From NCBI GenBank assembly GCA_964057225.1, contig OZ059895.1:1674001-1738000 (forward strand): a DNA stretch of 64,000 nt, read 5' to 3'. The position numbers and the translations under genes are program-made. The stretch comes from Auanema rhodensis. Its lineage: Eukaryota > Animalia > Nematoda. This document shows, piece after piece, positions 23,456 through 39,240 of this stretch (position 1 is its first letter; the number at the start of each line of letters is the position of its first letter). Under the pieces are notes generated by a model. That model was not told where the DNA came from. It worked only from the letters and a program-made list of their open reading frames with translations, and ran no database searches.

Positions 23456-26400
23456 AATGTTGAGTGTACATGGAAACTCAACATACACTAATGCATCATT
23501 TTTCAAACGATCATAACTAATTTTTGTATCAAGCGTTTCTCAATGTAGTATAGTGCATTCGATGCGGATTTTTAAGCTGCGTCGATCTGTGTTATCAGAT
23601 TTGCGCTAGCTTAAAAATGCACCGAGATATCAACTGATATAAGTTCACACTTATATCCTCGATTTTCACCCTGAAGAATTAATTTTTTCGTTGAATAACA
23701 TTGTCCATCGTCTTTGCCTTGAAAAATGGAATCTAAAAACATCTACTTTTTGCTAAATTATTTTGAAATTTTTCGAAAAAATTTTTGTCAAAATGTTTTT
23801 GGAAGCAATGTTGAGTGTACATGGAAACTCAACATACACTAATGCATCATTTTTCAAACGATCATAACTAATTTTTGTATCAAGCGTTTCTCAATGTAGT
23901 ATAGTGCATTCGATGCCGATTTTTAAGCTGCGTCGATCTGTGTTATCAGATTTGCGCTAGCTTAAAAATGCACCGAGATATCAACTGATATAAGTTCACA
24001 CTTATATCCTCGATTTTCACCCTGAAGAATTAATTTTTTCGTTGAATAACATTGTCTATCGTCTTTGCCTTGAAAAATGGAATCTAAAAACATCTACTTT
24101 TTGCTAAATTATTTTGAAATTTTTCGAAAAAATTTTTGTCAAAATGTTTTTGGAAGCAATGTTGAGTGTACATGGAAACTCAACATACACTAATGCATCA
24201 TTTTTCAAACAATCATAACTAATTTGTGTATTAAGCGTTTCTCAATGTAGTATAGTGCATTCGATGCGGATTTTTAAGCTGCGTCGATCTTTGTTATCAG
24301 ATTTGCGCTAGCTTAAAAATGCACCGAGATATCAACTGATATAAGTTCACACTTATATCCTCGATTTTCACCCTGAAGAATTAATTTTTTCGTTGAATAA
24401 CATCGTCCATCGTCTTTGCCTTGAAAAATGGAATCTAAAAACATCTACTTTTTGCTAAATTATTTTGAAATTTTTCGAAAAAATTTTTGTCAAAATGTTT
24501 TTGGAAGCAATGTTGAGTGTACATGGAAACTCAACATACACTAATGCATCATTTTTCAAACGATCATAACTAATTTTTGTATTGAGCTTTTCTCAATGTA
24601 GTATAGTGCATTCGATGCGGATTTTTAAGCTGCGTCGATCTTTGTTATCAGATTTGCGCTAGCTTAAAAATGCACCGAGATATCAACTGATATAAGTTCA
24701 CACTTATATCCTCGATTTTCACCCTGAAGAATTAATTTTTTCGTTGAATAACATCGTCCATCGTCTTTGCCTTGAAAAATGGAATCTAAAAACATCTACT
24801 TTTTGCTAAATTATTTTGAAATTTTTCGAAAAAATTTTTGTCAAAATGTTTTTGGAAGCAATGTTGAGTGTACATGGAAACTCAACATACACTAATGCAT
24901 CATTTTTCAAACGATCATAACTAATTTTTGTATTAAGCTTTTTTCAATGTAGTATAGTGCATTCGATGCGGATTTTTAAGCTGCGTCGATCTGTGTTATC
25001 AGATTTGCGCTAGCTTAAAAATGCACCGAGATATCAACTGATATAAGTTCACACTTATATCCTCGATTTTCACCCTGAAGAATTAATTTTTTCGTTGAAT
25101 AACATTGTCTATCGTCTTTGCCTTGAAAAATGGAATCTAAAAACATCTACTTTTTGCTAAATTATTTTGAAATTTTTCGAAAAAATTTTTGTCAAAATGT
25201 TTTTGGAAGCAATGTTGAGTGTACATGGAAACTCAACATACACTAATGCATCATTTTTCAAACAATCATAACTAATTTGTGTATTAAGCGTTTCTCAATG
25301 TAGTATAGTGCATTCGATGCCGATTTTTAAGCTGCGTCGATCTGTGTTATCAGATTTGCGCTAGCTTAAAAATGCACCGAGATATCAACTGATATAAGTT
25401 CACACTTATATCCTCGATTTTCACCCTGAAGAATTAATTTTTTCGTTGAATAACATCGTCCATCGTCTTTGCCTTGAAAAATGGAATCTAAAAACATCTA
25501 CTTTTTGCTAAATTATTTTGAAATTTTTCGAAAAAATTTTTGTCAAAATGTTTTTGGAAGCAATGTTGAGTGTACATGGAAACTCAACATACACTAATGC
25601 ATCATTTTTCAAACGATCATAACTAATTTTTGTATTAAGCTTTTCTCAATGTAGTATAGTGCAGTCGATGCGGATTTTTAAGCTGCGTCGATCTGTGTTA
25701 TCAGATTTGCGCTAGCTTAAAAATGCACCGAGATATCAACTGATATAAGTTCACACTTATATCCTCGATTTTCACCCTGAAGAATTAATTTTTTCGTTGA
25801 ATAACATTGTCCATCGTCTTTGCCTTGAAAAATGGAATCTAAAAACATCTACTTTTTGCTAAATTATTTTGAAATTTTTCGAAAAAATTTTTGTCAAAAT
25901 GTTTTTGGAAGCAATGTTGAGTGTACATGAAAACTCAACATACACTAATGCATCATTTTTCAAACGATCATAACTAATTTTTGTATTAGCTTTTCTCAAT
26001 GTAGTATAGTGCATTCGATGCGGATTTTTAAGCTGCGTCGATCTGTGTTATCAGATTTGCGCTAGCTTTAAAATGCACCGAGATATCAACTGATATAAGT
26101 TCACACTTATATCCTCGATTTTCACCCTGAAGAATTAATTTTTTCGTTGAATAACATCGTCCATCGTCTTTGCCTTGAAAAATGGAATCTAAAAACATCT
26201 ACTTTTTGCTAAATTATTTTGAAATTTTTCGAAAAAATTTTTGTCAAAATGTTTTTGGAAGCAATGTTGAGTGTACATGGAAACTCAACATACACTAATG
26301 CATCATTTTTCAAACGATCATAACTAATTTTTGTATTAAGCTTTTCTCAATGTAGTATAGTGCATTCGATGCGGATTTTTAAGCTGCGTCGATCTTTGTT

Positions 26401-29400
26401 ATCAGATTTGCGCTAGCTTAAAAATGCACCGAGATATCAACTGATATAAGTTCACACTTATATCCTCGATTTTCACCCTGAAGAATTAATTTTTTCGTTG
26501 AATAACATCGTCCATCGTCTTTGCCTTGAAAAATGGAATCTAAAAACATCTACTTTTTGCTAAATTATTTTGAAATTTTTCGAAAAAATTTTTGTCAAAA
26601 TGTTTTTGGAAGCAATGTTGAGTGTACATGGAAACTCAACATACACTAATGCATCATTTTTCAAACGATCATAACTAATTTTTGTATTAAGCTTTTCTCA
26701 ATGTAGTATAGTGCATTCGATGCGGATTTTTAAGCTGCGTCGATCTTTGTTATCAGATTTGCGCTAGCTTAAAAATGCACCGAGATATCAACTGATATAA
26801 GTTCACACTTATATCCTCGATTTTCACCCTGAAGAATTAATTTTTTCGTTGAATAACATCGTCCATCGTCTTTGCCTTGAAAAATGGAATCTAAAAACAT
26901 CTACTTTTTGCTAAATTATTTTGAAATTTTTCGAAAAAATTTTTGTCAAAATGTTTTTGGAAGCAATGTTGAGTGTACATGGAAACTCAACATACACTAA
27001 TGCATCATTTTTCAAACGATCATAACTAATTTTTGTATTAAGCTTTTTTCAATGTAGTATAGTGCATTCGATGCGGATTTTTAAGCTGCGTCGATCTGTG
27101 TTATCAGATTTGCGCTAGCTTAAAAATGCACCGAGATATCAACTGATATAAGTTCACACTTATATCCTCGATTTTCACCCTGAAGAATTAATTTTTTCGT
27201 TGAATAACATTGTCTATCGTCTTTGCCTTGAAAAATGGAATCTAAAAACATCTACTTTTTGCTAAATTATTTTGAAATTTTTCGAAAAAATTTTTGTCAA
27301 AATGTTTTTGGAAGCAATGTTGAGTGTACATGGAAACTCAACATACACTAATGCATCATTTTTCAAACAATCATAACTAATTTGTGTATTAAGCGTTTCT
27401 CAATGTAGTATAGTGCATTCGATGCCGATTTTTAAGCTGCGTCGATCTGTGTTATCAGATTTGCGCTAGCTTAAAAATGCACCGAGATATCAACTGATAT
27501 AAGTTCACACTTATATCCTCGATTTTCACCCTGAAGAATTAATTTTTTCGTTGAATAACATCGTCCATCGTCTTTGCCTTGAAAAATGGAATCTAAAAAC
27601 ATCTACTTTTTGCTAAATTATTTTGAAATTTTTCGAAAAAATTTTTGTCAAAATGTTTTTGGAAGCAATGTTGAGTGTACATGGAAACTCAACATACACT
27701 AATGCATCATTTTTCAAACGATCATAACTAATTTTTGTATTAAGCTTTTCTCAATGTAGTATAGTGCAGTCGATGCGGATTTTTAAGCTGCGTCGATCTG
27801 TGTTATCAGATTTGCGCTAGCTTAAAAATGCACCGAGATATCAACTGATATAAGTTCACACTTATATCCTCGATTTTCACCCTGAAGAATTAATTTTTTC
27901 GTTGAATAACATTGTCCATCGTCTTTGCCTTGAAAAATGGAATCTAAAAACATCTACTTTTTGCTAAATTATTTTGAAATTTTTCGAAAAAATTTTTGTC
28001 AAAATGTTTTTGGAAGCAATGTTGAGTGTACATGAAAACTCAACATACACTAATGCATCATTTTTCAAACGATCATAACTAATTTTTGTATTAGCTTTTC
28101 TCAATGTAGTATAGTGCATTCGATGCGGATTTTTAAGCTGCGTCGATCTGTGTTATCAGATTTGCGCTAGCTTTAAAATGCACCGAGATATCAACTGATA
28201 TAAGTTCACACTTATATCCTCGATTTTCACCCTGAAGAATTAATTTTTTCGTTGAATAACATTGTCCATCGTCTTTGCCTTGAAAAATGGAATCTAAAAA
28301 CATCTACTTTTTGCTAAATTATTTTGAAATTTTTCGAAAAAATTTTTGTCAAAATGTTTTTGGAAGCAATGTTGAGTGTACATGGAAACTCAACATACAC
28401 TAATGCATCATTTTTCAAACGATCATAACTAATTTTTGTATCAAGCGTTTCTCGATGTAGTATAGTGCATTCGATGCGGATTTTTAAGCTGCGTCGATCT
28501 GTGTTATCAGATTTGCGCTAGCTTAAAAATGCACCGAGATATCAACTGATATAAGTTCACACTTATATCCTCGATTTTCACCCTGAAGAATTAATTTTTT
28601 CGTTGAATAACATTGTCCATCGTCTTTGCCTTGAAAAATGGAATCTAAAAACATCTACTTTTTGCTAAATTATTTTGAAATTTTTCGAAAAAATTTTTGT
28701 CAAAATGTTTTTGGAAGCAATGTTGAGTGTACATGGAAACTCAACATACACTAATGCATCATTTTTCAAACGATCATAACTAATTTTTGTATCAAGCGTT
28801 TCTCAATGTAGTATAGTGCATTCGATGCCGATTTTTAAGCTGCGTCGATCTGTGTTATCAGATTTGCGCTAGCTTAAAAATGCACCGAGATATCAACTGA
28901 TATAAGTTCACACTTATATCCTCGATTTTCACCCTGAAGAATTAATTTTTTCGTTGAATAACATTGTCTATCGTCTTTGCCTTGAAAAATGGAATCTAAA
29001 AACATCTACTTTTTGCTAAATTATTTTGAAATTTTTCGAAAAAATTTTTGTCAAAATGTTTTTGGAAGCAATGTTGAGTGTACATGGAAACTCAACATAC
29101 ACTAATGCATCATTTTTCAAACAATCATAACTAATTTTTGTATTAGCTTTTCTCAATGTAGTATAGTGCATTCGATGCGGATTTTTAAGCTGCGTCGATC
29201 TGTGTTATCAGATTTGCGCTAGCTTAAAAATGCACCGAGATATCAACTGATATAAGTTCACACTTATATCCTCGATTTTCACCCTGAAGAATTAATTTTT
29301 TCGTTGAATAACATTGTCCATCGTCTTTGCCTTGAAAAATGGAATCTAAAAACATCTACTTTTTGCTAAATTATTTTGAAATTTTTCGAAAAAATTTTTG

Positions 29401-32400
29401 TCAAAATGTTTTTGGAAGCAATGTTGAGTGTACATGAAAACTCAACATACACTAATGCATCATTTTTCAAACAATCATAACTAATTTTTGTATTAGCTTT
29501 TCTCAATGTAGTATAGTGCATTCGATGCGGATTTTTAAGCTGCGTCGATCTGTGTTATCAGATTTGCGCTAGCTTTAAAATGCACCGAGATATCAACTGA
29601 TATAAGTTCACACTTATATCCTCGATTTTCACCCTGAAGAATTAATTTTTTCGTTGAATAACATTGTCCATCGTCTTTGCCTTGAAAAATGGAATCTAAA
29701 AACATCTACTTTTTGCTAAATTATTTTGAAATTTTTCGAAAAAATTTTTGTCAAAATGTTTTTGGAAGCAATGTTGAGTGTACATGAAAACTCAACATAC
29801 ACTAATGCATCATTTTTCAAACGATCATAACTAATTTTTGTATTAGCTTTTCTCAATGTAGTATAGTGCATTCGATGCGGATTTTTAAGCTGCGTCGATC
29901 TGTGTTATCAGATTTGCGCTAGCTTTAAAATGCACCGAGATATCAACTGATATAAGTTCACACTTATATCCTCGATTTTCACCCTGAAGAATTAATTTTT
30001 TCGTTGAATAACATTGTCTATCGTCTTTGCCTTGAAAAATGGAATCTAAAAACATCTACTTTTTGCTAAATTATTTTGAAATTTTTCGAAAAAATTTTTG
30101 TCAAAATGTTTTTGGAAGCAATGTTGAGTGTACATGGAAACTCAACATACACTAATGCATCATTTTTCAAACGATCATAACTAATTTTTGTATTAAGCTT
30201 TTCTCAATGTAGTATAGTGCATTCGATGCGGATTTTTAAGCTGCGTCGATCTGTGTTATCAGATTTGCGCTAGCTTAAAAATGCACCGAGATATCAACTG
30301 ATATAAGTTCACACTTATATCCTCGATTTTCACCCTGAAGAATTAATTTTTTCGTTGAATAACATCGTCCATCGTCTTTGCCTTGAAAAATGGAATCTAA
30401 AAACATCTACTTTTTGCTAAATTATTTTGAAATTTTTCGAAAAAATTTTTGTCAAAATGTTTTTGGAAGCAATGTTGAGTGTACATGGAAACTCAACATA
30501 CACTAATGCATCATTTTTCAAACGATCATAACTAATTTTTGTATTAAGCTTTTCTCAATGTAGTATAGTGCAGTCGATGCGGATTTTTAAGCTGCGTCGA
30601 TCTGTGTTATCAGATTTGCGCTAGCTTAAAAATGCACCGAGATATCAACTGATATAAGTTCACACTTATATCCTCGATTTTCACCCTGAAGAATTAATTT
30701 TTTCGTTGAATAACATTGTCCATCGTCTTTGCCTTGAAAAATGGAATCTAAAAACATCTACTTTTTGCTAAATTATTTTGAAATTTTTCGAAAAAATTTT
30801 TGTCAAAATGTTTTTGGAAGCAATGTTGAGTGTACATGAAAACTCAACATACACTAATGCATCATTTTTCAAACGATCATAACTAATTTTTGTATTAGCT
30901 TTTCTCAATGTAGTATAGTGCATTCGATGCGGATTTTTAAGCTGCGTCGATCTGTGTTATCAGATTTGCGCTAGCTTTAAAATGCACCGAGATATCAACT
31001 GATATAAGTTCACACTTATATCCTCGATTTTCACCCTGAAGAATTAATTTTTTCGTTGAATAACATTGTCCATCGTCTTTGCCTTGAAAAATGGAATCTA
31101 AAAACATCTACTTTTTGCTAAATTATTTTGAAATTTTTCGAAAAAATTTTTGTCAAAATGTTTTTGGAAGCAATGTTGAGTGTACATGGAAACTCAACAT
31201 ACACTAATGCATCATTTTTCAAACGATCATAACTAATTTTTGTATCAAGCGTTTCTCGATGTAGTATAGTGCATTCGATGCGGATTTTTAAGCTGCGTCG
31301 ATCTGTGTTATCAGATTTGCGCTAGCTTAAAAATGCACCGAGATATCAACTGATATAAGTTCACACTTATATCCTCGATTTTCACCCTGAAGAATTAATT
31401 TTTTCGTTGAATAACATTGTCCATCGTCTTTGCCTTGAAAAATGGAATCTAAAAACATCTACTTTTTGCTAAATTATTTTGAAATTTTTCGAAAAAATTT
31501 TTGTCAAAATGTTTTTGGAAGCAATGTTGAGTGTACATGGAAACTCAACATACACTAATGCATCATTTTTCAAACGATCATAACTAATTTTTGTATCAAG
31601 CGTTTCTCAATGTAGTATAGTGCATTCGATGCCGATTTTTAAGCTGCGTCGATCTGTGTTATCAGATTTGCGCTAGCTTAAAAATGCACCGAGATATCAA
31701 CTGATATAAGTTCACACTTATATCCTCGATTTTCACCCTGAAGAATTAATTTTTTCGTTGAATAACATTGTCTATCGTCTTTGCCTTGAAAAATGGAATC
31801 TAAAAACATCTACTTTTTGCTAAATTATTTTGAAATTTTTCGAAAAAATTTTTGTCAAAATGTTTTTGGAAGCAATGTTGAGTGTACATGGAAACTCAAC
31901 ATACACTAATGCATCATTTTTCAAACAATCATAACTAATTTTTGTATTAGCTTTTCTCAATGTAGTATAGTGCATTCGATGCGGATTTTTAAGCTGCGTC
32001 GATCTGTGTTATCAGATTTGCGCTAGCTTTAAAATGCACCGAGATATCAACTGATATAAGTTCACACTTATATCCTCGATTTTCACCCTGAAGAATTAAT
32101 TTTTTCGTTGAATAACATTGTCCATCGTCTTTGCCTTGAAAAATGGAATCTAAAAACATCTACTTTTTGCTAAATTATTTTGAAATTTTTCGAAAAAATT
32201 TTTGTCAAAATGTTTTTGGAAGCAATGTTGAGTGTACATGGAAACTCAACATACACTAATGCATCATTTTTCAAACAATCATAACTTATTTGTGTATTAA
32301 GCGTTTCTCAATGTAGTATAGTGCATTCGATGCGGATGTTTAAGCTGCGTCGATCTTTGTTATCAGATTTGCGCTAGCTTAAAAATGCACCGAGATATCA

Positions 32401-35400
32401 ACTGATATAAGTTCACACTTATATCCTCGATTTTCACCCTGAAGAATTAATTTTTTCGTTGAATAACATTGTCTATCGTCTTTGCCTTGAAAAATGGAAT
32501 CTAAAAACATCTACTTTTTGCTAAATTATTTTGAAATTTTTCGAAAAAATTTTTGTCAAAATGTTTTTGGAAGCAATGTTGAGTGTACATGGAAACTCAA
32601 CATACACTAATGCATCATTTTTCAAACGATCATAACTAATTTTTGTATTAAGCGTTTCTCAATGTAGTATAGTGCATTCGATGCGGATTTTTAAGCTGCG
32701 TCGATCTGTGTTATCAGATTTGCGCTAGCTTAAAAATGCACCGAGATATCAACTGATATAAGTTCACACTTATATCCTCGATTTTCACCCTGAAGAATTA
32801 ATTTTTTCGTTGAATAACATCGTCCATCGTCTTTGCCTTGAAAAATGGAATCTAAAAACATCTACTTTTTGCTAAATTATTTTGAAATTTTTCGAAAAAA
32901 TTTTTGTCAAAATGTTTTTGGAAGCAATGTTGAGTGTACATGGAAACTCAACATACACTAATGCATCATTTTTCAAACGATCATAACTAATTTTTGTATT
33001 AAGCTTTTCTCAATGTAGTATAGTGCATTCGATGCGGATTTTTAAGCTGCGTCGATCTGTGTTATCAGATTTGCGCTAGCTTAAAAATGCACCGAGATAT
33101 CAACTGATATAAGTTCACACTTATATCCTCGATTTTCACCCTGAAGAATTAATTTTTTCGTTGAATAACATCGTCCATCGTCTTTGCCTTGAAAAATGGA
33201 ATCTAAAAACATCTACTTTTTGCTAAATTATTTTGAAATTTTTCGAAAAAATTTTTGTCAAAATGTTTTTGGAAGCAATGTTGAGTGTACATGGAAACTC
33301 AACATACACTAATGCATCATTTTTCAAACGATCATAACTAATTTTTGTATTAAGCTTTTCTCAATGTAGTATAGTGCAGTCGATGCGGATTTTTAAGCTG
33401 CGTCGATCTGTGTTATCAGATTTGCGCTAGCTTAAAAATGCACCGAGATATCAACTGATATAAGTTCACACTTATATCCTCGATTTTCACCCTGAAGAAT
33501 TAATTTTTTCGTTGAATAACATTGTCCATCGTCTTTGCCTTGAAAAATGGAATCTAAAAACATCTACTTTTTGCTAAATTATTTTGAAATTTTTCGAAAA
33601 AATTTTTGTCAAAATGTTTTTGGAAGCAATGTTGAGTGTACATGAAAACTCAACATACACTAATGCATCATTTTTCAAACGATCATAACTAATTTTTGTA
33701 TTAGCTTTTCTCAATGTAGTATAGTGCATTCGATGCGGATTTTTAAGCTGCGTCGATCTGTGTTATCAGATTTGCGCTAGCTTTAAAATGCACCGAGATA
33801 TCAACTGATATAAGTTCACACTTATATCCTCGATTTTCACCCTGAAGAATTAATTTTTTCGTTGAATAACATTGTCCATCGTCTTTGCCTTGAAAAATGG
33901 AATCTAAAAACATCTACTTTTTGCTAAATTATTTTGAAATTTTTCGAAAAAATTTTTGTCAAAATGTTTTTGGAAGCAATGTTGAGTGTACATGGAAACT
34001 CAACATACACTAATGCATCATTTTTCAAACGATCATAACTAATTTTTGTATCAAGCGTTTCTCGATGTAGTATAGTGCATTCGATGCGGATTTTTAAGCT
34101 GCGTCGATCTGTGTTATCAGATTTGCGCTAGCTTAAAAATGCACCGAGATATCAACTGATATAAGTTCACACTTATATCCTCGATTTTCACCCTGAAGAA
34201 TTAATTTTTTCGTTGAATAACATTGTCCATCGTCTTTGCCTTGAAAAATGGAATCTAAAAACATCTACTTTTTGCTAAATTATTTTGAAATTTTTCGAAA
34301 AAATTTTTGTCAAAATGTTTTTGGAAGCAATGTTGAGTGTACATGGAAACTCAACATACACTAATGCATCATTTTTCAAACGATCATAACTAATTTTTGT
34401 ATCAAGCGTTTCTCAATGTAGTATAGTGCATTCGATGCCGATTTTTAAGCTGCGTCGATCTGTGTTATCAGATTTGCGCTAGCTTAAAAATGCACCGAGA
34501 TATCAACTGATATAAGTTCACACTTATATCCTCGATTTTCACCCTGAAGAATTAATTTTTTCGTTGAATAACATTGTCTATCGTCTTTGCCTTGAAAAAT
34601 GGAATCTAAAAACATCTACTTTTTGCTAAATTATTTTGAAATTTTTCGAAAAAATTTTTGTCAAAATGTTTTTGGAAGCAATGTTGAGTGTACATGGAAA
34701 CTCAACATACACTAATGCATCATTTTTCAAACAATCATAACTAATTTTTGTATTAGCTTTTCTCAATGTAGTATAGTGCATTCGATGCGGATTTTTAAGC
34801 TGCGTCGATCTGTGTTATCAGATTTGCGCTAGCTTTAAAATGCACCGAGATATCAACTGATATAAGTTCACACTTATATCCTCGATTTTCACCCTGAAGA
34901 ATTAATTTTTTCGTTGAATAACATTGTCCATCGTCTTTGCCTTGAAAAATGGAATCTAAAAACATCTACTTTTTGCTAAATTATTTTGAAATTTTTCGAA
35001 AAAATTTTTGTCAAAATGTTTTTGGAAGCAATGTTGAGTGTACATGGAAACTCAACATACACTAATGCATCATTTTTCAAACAATCATAACTTATTTGTG
35101 TATTAAGCGTTTCTCAATGTAGTATAGTGCATTCGATGCGGATTTTTAAGCTGCGTCGATCTTTGTTATCAGATTTGCGCTAGCTTAAAAATGCACCGAG
35201 ATATCAACTGATATAAGTTCACACTTATATCCTCGATTTTCACCCTGAAGAATTAATTTTTTCGTTGAATAACATTGTCTATCGTCTTTGCCTTGAAAAA
35301 TGGAATCTAAAAACATCTACTTTTTGCTAAATTATTTTGAAATTTTTCGAAAAAATTTTTGTCAAAATGTTTTTGGAAGCAATGTTGAGTGTACATGGAA

Positions 35401-38400
35401 ACTCAACATACACTAATGCATCATTTTTCAAACGATCATAACTAATTTTTGTATTAAGCGTTTCTCAATGTAGTATAGTGCATTCGATGCGGATTTTCAA
35501 GCTGCGTCGATCTGTGTTATCAGATTTGCGCTAGCTTAAAAATGCACCGAGATATCAACTGATATAAGTTCACACTTATATCCTCGATTTTCACCCTGAA
35601 GAATTAATTTTTTCGTTGAATAACATCGTCCATCGTCTTTGCCTTGAAAAATGGAATCTAAAAACATCTACTTTTTGCTAAATTATTTTGAAATTTTTCG
35701 AAAAAATTTTTGTCAAAATGTTTTTGGAAGCAATGTTGAGTGTACATGGAAACTCAACATACACTAATGCATCATTTTTCAAACGATCATAACTAATTTT
35801 TGTATTAAGCGTTTCTCAATGTAGTATAGTGCATTCGATGCGGATTTTCAAGCTGCGTCGATCTGTGTTATCAGATTTGCGCTAGCTTAAAAATGCACCG
35901 AGATATCAACTGATATAAGTTCACACTTATATCCTCGATTTTCACCCTGAAGAATTAATTTTTTCGTTGAATAACATTGTCCATCGTCTTTGCCTTGAAA
36001 AATGGAATCTAAAAACATCTACTTTTTGCTAAATTATTTTGAAATTTTTCGAAAAAATTTTTGTCAAAATGTTTTTGGAAGCAATGTTGAGTGTACATGG
36101 AAACTCAACATACACTAATGCATCATTTTTCAAACGATCATAACTAATTTTTGTATCAAGCGTTTCTTGATGTAGTATAGTGCATTCGATGCGGATTTTT
36201 AAGCTGCGTCGATCTGTGTTATCAGATTTGCGCTAGCTTAAAAATGCACCGAGATATCAACTGATATAAGTTCACACTTATATCCTCGATTTTCACCCTG
36301 AAGAATTAATTTTTTCGTTGAATAACATTGTCCATCGTCTTTGCCTTGAAAAATGGAATCTAAAAACATCTACTTTTTGCTAAATTATTTTGAAATTTTT
36401 CGAAAAAATTTTTGTCAAAATGTTTTTGGAAGCAATGTTGAGTGTACATGGAAACTCAACATACACTAATGCATCATTTTTCAAACAATCATAACTTATT
36501 TGTGTATTAAGCGTTTCTCAATGTAGTATAGTGCATTCGATGCGGATTTTTAAGCTGCGTCGATCTGTGTTATCAGATTTGCGCTAGCTTTAAAATGCAC
36601 CGAGATATCAACTGATATAAGTTCACACTTATATCCTCGATTTTCACCCTGAAGAATTAATTTTTTCGTTGAATAACATTGTCCATCGTCTTTGCCTTGA
36701 AAAATGGAATCTAAAAACATCTACTTTTTGCTAAATTAATTTGAAATTTTTCGAAAAAATTTTTGTCAAAATGTTTTTGGAAGCAATGTTGAGTGTACAT
36801 GGAAACTCAACATACACTAATGCATCATTTTTCAAACGATCATAACTAATTTTTGTATCAAGCGTTTCTCGATGTAGTATAGTGCATTCGATGCGGATTT
36901 TTAAGCTGCGTCGATCTGTGTTATCAGATTTGCGCCAGCTTAAAAATGCACCGAGATATCAACTGATATAAGTTCACACTTATATCCTCGATTTTCACCC
37001 TGAAGAATTAATTTTTTCGTTGAATAACATCGTCCATCGTCTTTGCCTTGAAAAATGGAATCTAAAAACATCTACTTTTTGCTAAATTATTTTGAAATTT
37101 TTCGAAAAAATTTTTGTCAAAATGTTTTTGGAAGCAATGTTGAGTGTACATGGAAACTCAACATACACTAATGCATCATTTTTCAAACGATCATAACTAA
37201 TTTTTGTATTAAGCGTTTCTCAATGTAGTATAGTGCATTCGATGCGGATTTTCAAGCTGCGTCGATCTGTGTTATCAGATTTGCGCTAGCTTAAAAATGC
37301 ACCGAGATATCAACTGATATAAGTTCACACTTATATCCTCGATTTTCACCCTGAAGAATTAATTTTTTCGTTGAATAACATTGTCCATCGTCTTTGCCTT
37401 GAAAAAAGGAATCTAAAAACATCTACTTTTTGCTAAATTATTTTGAAATTTTTCGAAAAAATTTTTGTCAAAATGTTTTTGGAAGCAATGTTGAGTGTAC
37501 ATGGAAACTCAACATACACTAATGCATCATTTTTCAAACGATCATAACTAATTTTTGTATTAAGCTTTTCTCAATGTAGTATAGTGCATTCGATGCGGAT
37601 TTTTAAGCTGCGTCGATCTGTGTTATCAGATTTGCGCTAGCTTAAAAATGCACCGAGATATCAACTGATATAAGTTCACACTTATATCCTCGATTTTCAC
37701 CCTGAAGAATTAATTTTTTCGTTGAATAACATCGTCCATCGTCTTTGCCTTGAAAAATGGAATCTAAAAACATCTACTTTTTGCTAAATTATTTTGAAAT
37801 TTTTCGAAAAAATTTTTGTCAAAATGTTTTTGGAAGCAATGTTGAGTGTACATGGAAACTCAACATACACTAATGCATCATTTTTCAAACGATCATAACT
37901 AATTTTTGTATTAAGCGTTTCTCAATGTAGTATAGTGCATTCGATGCGGATTTTCAAGCTGCGTCGATCTGTGTTATCAGATTTGCGCTAGCTTAAAAAT
38001 GCACCGAGATATCAACTGATATAAGTTCACACTTATATCCTCGATTTTCACCCTGAAGAATTAATTTTTTCGTTGAATAACATCGTCCATCGTCTTTGCC
38101 TTGAAAAATGGAATCTAAAAACATCTACTTTTTGCTAAATTATTTTGAAATTTTTCGAAAAAATTTTTGTCAAAATGTTTTTGGAAGCAATGTTGAGTGT
38201 ACATGGAAACTCAACATACACTAATGCATCATTTTTCAAACGATCATAACTAATTTTTGTATTAAGCTTTTCTCAATGTAGTATAGTGCATTCGATGCGG
38301 ATTTTTAAGCTGCGTCGATCTGTGTTATCAGATTTGCGCTAGCTTAAAAATGCACCGAGATATCAACTGATATAAGTTCACACTTATATCCTCGATTTTC

Positions 38401-39240
38401 ACCCTGAAGAATTAATTTTTTCGTTGAATAACATCGTCCATCGTCTTTGCCTTGAAAAATGGAATCTAAAAACATCTACTTTTTGCTAAATTATTTTGAA
38501 ATTTTTCGAAAAAATTTTTGTCAAAATGTTTTTGGAAGCAATGTTGAGTGTACATGGAAACTCAACATACACTAATGCATCATTTTTCAAACGATCATAA
38601 CTAATTTTTGTATTAAGCTTTTCTCAATGTAGTATAGTGCAGTCGATGCGGATTTTTAAGCTGCGTCGATCTGTGTTATCAGATTTGCGCTAGCTTAAAA
38701 ATGCACCGAGATATCAACTGATATAAGTTCACACTTATATCCTCGATTTTCACCCTGAAGAATTAATTTTTTCGTTGAATAACATTGTCCATCGTCTTTG
38801 CCTTGAAAAATGGAATCTAAAAACATCTACTTTTTGCTAAATTATTTTGAAATTTTTCGAAAAAATTTTTGTCAAAATGTTTTTGGAAGCAATGTTGAGT
38901 GTACATGAAAACTCAACATACACTAATGCATCATTTTTCAAACGATCATAACTAATTTTTGTTTTAGCTTTTCTCAATGTAGTATAGTGCATTCGATGCG
39001 GATTTTTAAGCTGCGTCGATCTGTGTTATCAGATTTGCGCTAGCTTTAAAATGCACCGAGATATCAACTGATATAAGTTCACACTTATATCCTCGATTTT
39101 CACCCTGAAGAATTAATTTTTTCGTTGAATAACATTGTCCATCGTCTTTGCCTTGAAAAATGGAATCTAAAAACATCTACTTTTTGCTAAATTATTTTGA
39201 AATTTTTCGAAAAAATTTTTGTCAAAATGTTTTTGGAAGC
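23456..39240 (+). repeat. Satellite domain with 6-mer and 8-mer HORs containing 350-bp deletion monomers
   Basis: The gcaGtcgat marker is at 25664, 27769, 30573, 33379 and 38642 (spacings 2105, 2804, 2806, 5263). Each is followed by a monomer with catgAaaac, a 1-bp deletion (tattagc; ttttagc in the last copy) and agctTtaaaa. Confidence 0.85.
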
